A stretch of DNA of 64,000 nt, from NCBI GenBank assembly GCA_034430155.1, contig DAOUET010000048.1, positions 8,953-72,952 on the forward strand, read 5' to 3'. The notes beneath the pieces were generated by a model that saw only the letters and a list, made by a program, of their open reading frames with translations, was not told the origin of the DNA and ran no database searches. Below, in pieces: positions 58,668 to 64,000 of the stretch. Source of the stretch: Anaerolineales bacterium. GTDB taxonomy: Bacteria; Chloroflexota; Anaerolineae; Anaerolineales; UBA4823. Positions within the stretch are counted from its first letter, which is position 1. Every line of letters starts with the position of its first letter. A program made the position numbers and the translations under genes.

Positions 58668-60218
58668 TTATCGCGGAAGGGAAAAACAAATACGTGCTCC
58701 AACCCCAAACCCAGGGTCTACCCAGATACGTCCATCATGGGCTTCGACTACCGCCCGAGCCAAAAATAATCCCAAGCCCGCGCCTTTGGTCACCTTGCTG
58801 GCTTCAGAAGCGCGATAAAAGCGATCGAAAACGTGAGGAATATCGTTAGGGGCAATCCCTGGCCCTTGGTCACTAATGCATATAATAACATGTTCCGGGC
58901 GAACCTGGCCGCTTATGCGAATTTCACCACCCTTGTCGGCATACTTGATTGCATTCGAAAGCAAGTTCGACAATACCTGCTCAATCCTGGTTTCATCCGC
59001 TAAAATCACCGGAAAGTCATCCGGTAAATCCACGACAATCGTGTGCCGGCTGGTTTGAGTTCTAAAGCGGTCCGCCATACGGGTAGCTATGACCTTTAAA
59101 TCAACATCTGCCCGGCTAAGAGATAGACTACCGGCCTGCAAACGGGTGGCGTCCAATAAATTCTCGATCAACTCTGTCAAACGGTCAGCCTCTTCTTCGA
59201 TCACTGCCAAGCTGTCTTGAACAATGGCGCGATCCCAGGTAACGTCCTCCCGCCGCAATGTTCCTACATAACCCTTAATCAAGGCAACCGGTGTCTTCAA
59301 CTCATGGCTAATAATGGAGACAAAGGTGCTTTTAAGCTCTTCGGCTTCCCGGAAATGGGTGATATCCCGAACCGTGGCGATGATATTGATCAAAATACCT
59401 TCTACCGACATCAAGGGGGCATAGGTAATGCCTACCGGCAGAGGCGGCTTACCCGGACGCTGAAGATCCCCTTCGACGTATAAAGTCGCATTGGGTGTGA
59501 GGGGCCAACTTCCTGCCTCAGCTTGTTCCAGGGTTGGACCGTGTTTCACCTTCGCCCAAAATATTATGTCTTCGTGAACGCCCCCGATAATCTGTGTGAC
59601 AGGTTCCCCCAATAATCGGGCAAAAGCGGGATTGCAGCGTTCAATGCGATGGTCAGGTGACAAAATCAGGATACCATCGGGAGCCGAATCGAGCAGGGTA
59701 TCCATGCGCTGTTTTTCCCGCTTTATTTGGGTATATAGTTGGGCGTTACGCACAGCTATGGCTGCCTGGTCGGTGAAACTTTGCAGCAAAGCCTGGTCAT
59801 TGGACGAGAACCGGCCTGCATAGTTGCGAAAAATAAAAATCATGCCAATGACCTGGCCCCGCACCACCATGGGCAAACCCACACCACCTAATAAACCTAA
59901 ACTGGCAACCCGCGTCACCTGTTGTAAGAGACGATTAATTACAGGAAGTTCGAATTTGGCCGGGTCATCATAATCGGGTATTTCCGCAAGAAGAGGATCC
60001 AAATAATTCAAAAAAGCAGGGGGGATGCCGTGGGAAGCTGCCACGGTCCATCCCCCAGTTTCTCCTCTAAGACCGATTAATCCCGCCTGCCCCGCCAACA
60101 TTTCCGCTGAAATACGTAAAATCCTTGTTAATAGTTTATCCAGGTCTAATTCCTGGGTGATTGCCCGGCCTATTTCCAGCAAATAATCGCGCTGGCGAAC
60201 TCTAAAATCAGGCAGCAT
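58668..60218 (-). CDS. Cytoplasmic GAF-PAS sensor histidine kinase
   Basis: GAF-like N-terminus, PAS (APDGILILSPDHRIERCNPAF), HisKA FVSIISHELKTP, and HATPase N/G boxes (LSNAIKYA, DQGPGI, GAGLGL). Confidence 0.9.
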   Translation of the reverse strand: MLPDFRVRQRDYLLEIGRAITQELDLDKLLTRILRISAEMLAGQAGLIGLRGETGGWTVAASHGIPPAFLNYLDPLLAEIPDYDDPAKFELPVINRLLQQVTRVASLGLLGGVGLPMVVRGQVIGMIFIFRNYAGRFSSNDQALLQSFTDQAAIAVRNAQLYTQIKREKQRMDTLLDSAPDGILILSPDHRIERCNPAFARLLGEPVTQIIGGVHEDIIFWAKVKHGPTLEQAEAGSWPLTPNATLYVEGDLQRPGKPPLPVGITYAPLMSVEGILINIIATVRDITHFREAEELKSTFVSIISHELKTPVALIKGYVGTLRREDVTWDRAIVQDSLAVIEEEADRLTELIENLLDATRLQAGSLSLSRADVDLKVIATRMADRFRTQTSRHTIVVDLPDDFPVILADETRIEQVLSNLLSNAIKYADKGGEIRISGQVRPEHVIICISDQGPGIAPNDIPHVFDRFYRASEASKVTKGAGLGLFLARAVVEAHDGRIWVDPGFGVGARICFSLPR

Positions 60219-61545
60219 GTTTCACAAACACTTCCTTTTCCGCCAATGTGATCGCTTCTTCGAACAAAATCAAACCTTCATCTATTTCGCCGCGAGAAAT
60301 ACTGAGTGGAGGTGAAATGCGGATGGCGCTTTTACCAGCACCAAGTAACACCAAGCCACGTTCAAAAGCCAAATCCACAATGCGATTACGCAGATCTGAG
60401 GCTGGCTCTTTTGTCTCTCGATTTTTAACGAACTCAACCCCGATCATCAAGCCAATTCCTCTGATTTTACCAATGCTGGGGTGTCTGGACATTATCTCTT
60501 CCAGGGCATCAAGGGTATATTCCCCCACGTCGGCAGCGTTTTGCATATATTGGTCAGCAATCAGATCAATTGTAGCAAGGGCAGAAGCACAGGCGATCGG
60601 ATTGCCTCCATAAGTATTGCCATGAGAACCATATGGCCAGCTCATCACACTCTTCCTGGCAATTATCGCTCCCAGAGGAACGCCTGAAGCAATGCCTTTC
60701 CCGACACAGACAATATCCGGCTCAACGCCAAAATTTTCAATTGCCCACCATTTACCGGTCCGACCCATGCCCGATTGGACTTCATCGACGATCAGAAGGA
60801 CATCATAGCGATCGCATAGATCCCGCAAGGCCGGAAAAAATCCAGGCGATGGCACAATATAGCCACCTTCACCCTGGATGGTTTCAACCAGAATCCCGGC
60901 AAGATCTTCAGGAGGCACAAGCTTGGATAGGATTTGCTGCTCGATATAGCGGACAACGGTCTCACCATAATCTTCGCCAGGTTCTGACTGTAAAATAGGC
61001 CGGTAGGGGTCAGGGAAGGGGACGTGTACGACCCCACTCATTAAAGGATAAAATCCCTCTTTATAAATCGGCTTACTGGCCGTAAAGGTAAGTGAACCTA
61101 AAGTCCGTCCGTGAAACGCCCCCAAGAAACCAATGAATTGGGTACAACCATTATGGTAGCGAGCCAGTTTTATGGCAGCCTCTACACTCTCCGTACCCGA
61201 GTTAGTCATAAAGGAGACTGCGTCTTCTTTGAAAGGAGCAATCTGATCAAGTTTTTCACCCAGTTCTACCCAGGGTTCGTGGTAGAAATCAGCAGAAATA
61301 TGTACAAACTTCTCAGCTTGTTTCTGGATAGCACGGACTACTTTGGGATGGCTGTGACCAGTCGAGACCACAGCAATTCCCGCTGCAAAATCCAGGAAAC
61401 GATTATCATCTACATCCCAGACCTCACAACCCTTACCGTGATCCATCACGAAGGGTGAACTCCTGGGATAGGAGGGAGAGATAACAGCCTGATCTCGTTC
61501 GATCAGAGCCTTAGCCTTTGGCCCAGGTAATTTCATCGGTTGCAT
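60208..61545 (-). CDS. Class-III aminotransferase (GabT/ArgD-like)
   Basis: SGTESVEAAIKLAR, LIVDEVQSGMGRTGK and YGGNP. 11-nt overlap (ATGCTGCCTGA) with the kinase gene. Confidence 0.85.
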   Translation of the reverse strand: MQPMKLPGPKAKALIERDQAVISPSYPRSSPFVMDHGKGCEVWDVDDNRFLDFAAGIAVVSTGHSHPKVVRAIQKQAEKFVHISADFYHEPWVELGEKLDQIAPFKEDAVSFMTNSGTESVEAAIKLARYHNGCTQFIGFLGAFHGRTLGSLTFTASKPIYKEGFYPLMSGVVHVPFPDPYRPILQSEPGEDYGETVVRYIEQQILSKLVPPEDLAGILVETIQGEGGYIVPSPGFFPALRDLCDRYDVLLIVDEVQSGMGRTGKWWAIENFGVEPDIVCVGKGIASGVPLGAIIARKSVMSWPYGSHGNTYGGNPIACASALATIDLIADQYMQNAADVGEYTLDALEEIMSRHPSIGKIRGIGLMIGVEFVKNRETKEPASDLRNRIVDLAFERGLVLLGAGKSAIRISPPLSISRGEIDEGLILFEEAITLAEKEVFVKHAA

Positions 61546-61660
61546 AGCTTATTCTCCTTAATGAACGAAGATATATTAAGAAAATTAACTCGCTGGAATT
61601 ATATCATCGCAATTCATCCGCTCATGGCGCCTTCAAACAAACCGAGTATAATCAGGCTTC

Positions 61661-62779
61661 ATGAAAACAGCTGATTTCACCTTTCAACTCGAAGCGTGTC
61701 AGGGGCACGCCCGGGCTGGAATCTTTCGCACCCCTCATGGAGACATATTAACCCCGATTTTCGCCCCGGTCGGCACCCAGGCCAGCGTCAAAGCGGTCAC
61801 GCCTGCGCAGCTATCGGATTTGGGGGCAAGCTTGATATTGACGAACACCTATCATTTATACCTACGACCGGGTGATCAATTAATCGCCGAGATGGGTGGT
61901 TTGCACGATTTCATGGATTGGCCGGGGCCAATCCTGACCGATTCCGGGGGTTTCCAGGTGTTCTCCCTCGCAGAAAACAGAGAAGTCGATGAGGATGGTG
62001 TAACCTTTAAAAGCCACATCGATGGGTCAACCCACCGTCTCACGCCAGAAAAATCGATTTCCATTCAGGAAAACCTGGACGCTGATATCATCATGACGTT
62101 AGATGAGTGTGCGGACCCATACGATAGAGACTACAATCAGGGTGCAGTTAGGCGCACCCACAGCTGGGCTGAGCGTTGTCTTGAAGCTAAAACTCGCCCA
62201 GATCAAGCCCTTTTTGGCATTGTCCAAGGGGGTATTTTCCGCGATCTACGTATCCATTCGGCAGGTTTCATCGCATCTCTCGATCTACCGGGCAATGCGA
62301 TTGGTGGTCTTTCCGTAGGTGAAACCAAGGAAGAAATGCACGCCATACTGGAGGTGGTCGACGCCATCTTACCTGAAGATAAACCACGCTATTTGATGGG
62401 TGTAGGAACCCCTTCGGACTTGATCAACGGGGTTCTGCGAGGTATAGACATCTTTGATTGCGTTTTGCCGACTCGCCTAGCACGACATAATGCCGCCCTT
62501 ACCCGCTCGGGTCGCATGAACATGGCAAACGCGATGTACGCCAATGACCCACTACCGGTCGATGAATCCTGTACTTGTTATACCTGCCAACATTTCTCGC
62601 GCGCTTATCTCCGCCACCTGGTCAGTGTGAAAGAAATGCTGTCAGCTACTTTGCTCTCCATCCACAATTTACACACGCTGCTACAATTGGCTGGGGATAT
62701 CCGGCAAGCCATTCTTGCAGAGCGCTTCGATGTTTTTGCACAAGAATATCTTGCAACAGACCTGGTGGCAAATTCTTGA
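61661..62779 (+). CDS. tgt: Queuine tRNA-ribosyltransferase
   Basis: TPHGDILTPIFAPVGT, LTDSGGFQVFS, LDEC, GGLSVGE and the zinc motif CTCYTCQHFSRAYLRHL. Confidence 0.95.
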   Translation: MKTADFTFQLEACQGHARAGIFRTPHGDILTPIFAPVGTQASVKAVTPAQLSDLGASLILTNTYHLYLRPGDQLIAEMGGLHDFMDWPGPILTDSGGFQVFSLAENREVDEDGVTFKSHIDGSTHRLTPEKSISIQENLDADIIMTLDECADPYDRDYNQGAVRRTHSWAERCLEAKTRPDQALFGIVQGGIFRDLRIHSAGFIASLDLPGNAIGGLSVGETKEEMHAILEVVDAILPEDKPRYLMGVGTPSDLINGVLRGIDIFDCVLPTRLARHNAALTRSGRMNMANAMYANDPLPVDESCTCYTCQHFSRAYLRHLVSVKEMLSATLLSIHNLHTLLQLAGDIRQAILAERFDVFAQEYLATDLVANS

Positions 62780-62825
62780 ATAAAAACCCCAAATCTCACA
62801 AGGTTAAATAAGAAAAAATCTGAAT

Positions 62826-63650
62826 ATGACTATTTTTCAATCCCTGGTTCTTGGGATTATCCAAGGGATCACAGAATTTTTACCAATATCCAGCACGGGT
62901 CACCTGGTACTTACACCTTTCTTGCTGGGTTGGAATATCCCAGAAAACCAGGCCTTCGTTTTCGACGTATTGGTACAGGTGGCTACTCTGGTAGCTGTAA
63001 TTACATATTTTTGGCAAGATTTGTTGTCCATAGTCGAGGCGATGCTGGCCGGTATTTGGCAGAAAAAACCTTTTTCGGAACCTCAATCTAAACTTGGGTG
63101 GTATATTGTCATAGCTACTTTTCCGGCCGGACTGGCTGGCTTGGTGTTGAATGGTACCCTGGAGGATATCTTTGGAGACCCTCCAGTTACTGCAGTATTT
63201 CTATTATTAACTGCCCTACTTTTAATTATCGCTGAACGGCTTGGACACCGCCAGCGCTCCCTGGATAAACTAAATTGGAAAGATGCCCTCGTAATAGGAT
63301 TTTTCCAGATCTTTGCCCTTTTTCCGGGTGTATCCAGGTCCGGCGCGACCATCACCGGTGCTATGAGCAGGGACTTAGAACGTCCCACCGCGGCGCGTTT
63401 CTCCTTTCTAATGTCTGTCCCAATTTTATTGGCAGCCGGTTTATTGGCGACGCTCGACCTATTTAAGATACCAAATCTGTCCACCATTCTTCTGGCATTC
63501 ATTCCTGGCTTTCTGGCCTCAGCGCTTGTTGGTTACCTGTCTATACGCTGGTTGTTACGCTACCTGGTTAATCACTCGCTTTATGTATTTGCAATATACT
63601 GCACAGCCCTCAGTATAATTACTTTGGCATTTTATTTCACCGGACATTGA
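62826..63650 (+). CDS. uppP: Undecaprenyl-diphosphate phosphatase
   Basis: GITEFLPISSTGHL and PGVSRSGATI motifs, 8 TM segments. Confidence 0.95.
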   Translation: MTIFQSLVLGIIQGITEFLPISSTGHLVLTPFLLGWNIPENQAFVFDVLVQVATLVAVITYFWQDLLSIVEAMLAGIWQKKPFSEPQSKLGWYIVIATFPAGLAGLVLNGTLEDIFGDPPVTAVFLLLTALLLIIAERLGHRQRSLDKLNWKDALVIGFFQIFALFPGVSRSGATITGAMSRDLERPTAARFSFLMSVPILLAAGLLATLDLFKIPNLSTILLAFIPGFLASALVGYLSIRWLLRYLVNHSLYVFAIYCTALSIITLAFYFTGH

Positions 63651-63718
63651 CCTAACTTCAATAACGATCGCAATCTGGTATTCCAGATATTACTTCCTGA
63701 GCTAAGATCATTTAAATC

Positions 63719-64000
63719 ATGAATCCAGGTTATCCAAGATTCACCTTGCGGTCATTAATATTGATGCTTATCTTGTCTTTGCCCGCCTGCCTCCCCCAAC
63801 AAAACCCTATCACGCCAGCCAGCCTCCAACCGATAACGATCGCACTTACACCTTCCATGGAGCCGGTGTCGCTCGCTCTAAATACTTGTGCGGCTATTTT
63901 TCCCGAGATGGCATTACTGATCGAAGAAATTCCGGCCCCCTCACACCAAATGCGACCTTCAGATTTGAAGATCTGGTTAGGGCAACCACCTGACCCTGAA
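63719..64000 (+). CDS. Lipoprotein, 3' partial (function unknown)
   Basis: Hand translation: MNPGYPRFTLRSLILMLILSLPACLPQQ... is open for 94 codons to the window edge. Lipobox LSLPAC. Confidence 0.5.
   Translation, partial: MNPGYPRFTLRSLILMLILSLPACLPQQNPITPASLQPITIALTPSMEPVSLALNTCAAIFPEMALLIEEIPAPSHQMRPSDLKIWLGQPPDPE

Overview
This is a 64-kb chromosomal window with about 58 protein-coding genes. I saw no rRNA, tRNA or CRISPR array by eye. The taxon is inferred only: DUF5668/toastrack membrane proteins, a TM-anchored YvcK, frequent 4- or 11-nt start/stop overlaps, recurrent TGnTAnnnT extended -10 boxes and apparently leaderless starts suggest a Chloroflexota (Anaerolineae-like) bacterium.

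Contents in order:
- a 5'-partial OmpR-type regulator
- a LivJHMGF-type ABC importer and a CBS-ACT protein
- a MoxR / DUF58 / two polytopic DUF4129 genes operon
- an exonuclease-DinG fusion
- three LiaF/toastrack-type envelope proteins around pncB
- a convergent pair of ParB/Srx-like proteins carrying a repeated helical module (one fused to tandem USP domains), next to a metallophosphoesterase
- a decayed natural-product remnant: sulfotransferase, Sfp-type PPTase, NRPS A-domain fragment and an IS3-type transposase fragment
- an S41 peptidase
- a minus-strand glycan locus headed by a NusG paralog
- yvcK-gap-pgk-tpiA plus an M50-like gene
- glucokinase, recJ, a GT2, an orphan wHTH-AAA+ ATPase and a GDPD
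- a PLP dehydratase overlapping a lone CoA-transferase beta subunit
- a membrane-anchored GH3
- a divergent Ser/Thr kinase and FHA-wHTH regulator pair
- wecB, CpXC, a GAF-PAS histidine kinase and an aminotransferase
- tgt, uppP and a 3'-partial lipoprotein

The best candidate for an uncharacterised system is the ParB/Srx-like paralog pair (19.4-23.4 kb), together with the 82-nt palindromic element just upstream of it. All family assignments come from motifs read in the supplied translations; no database search was possible.
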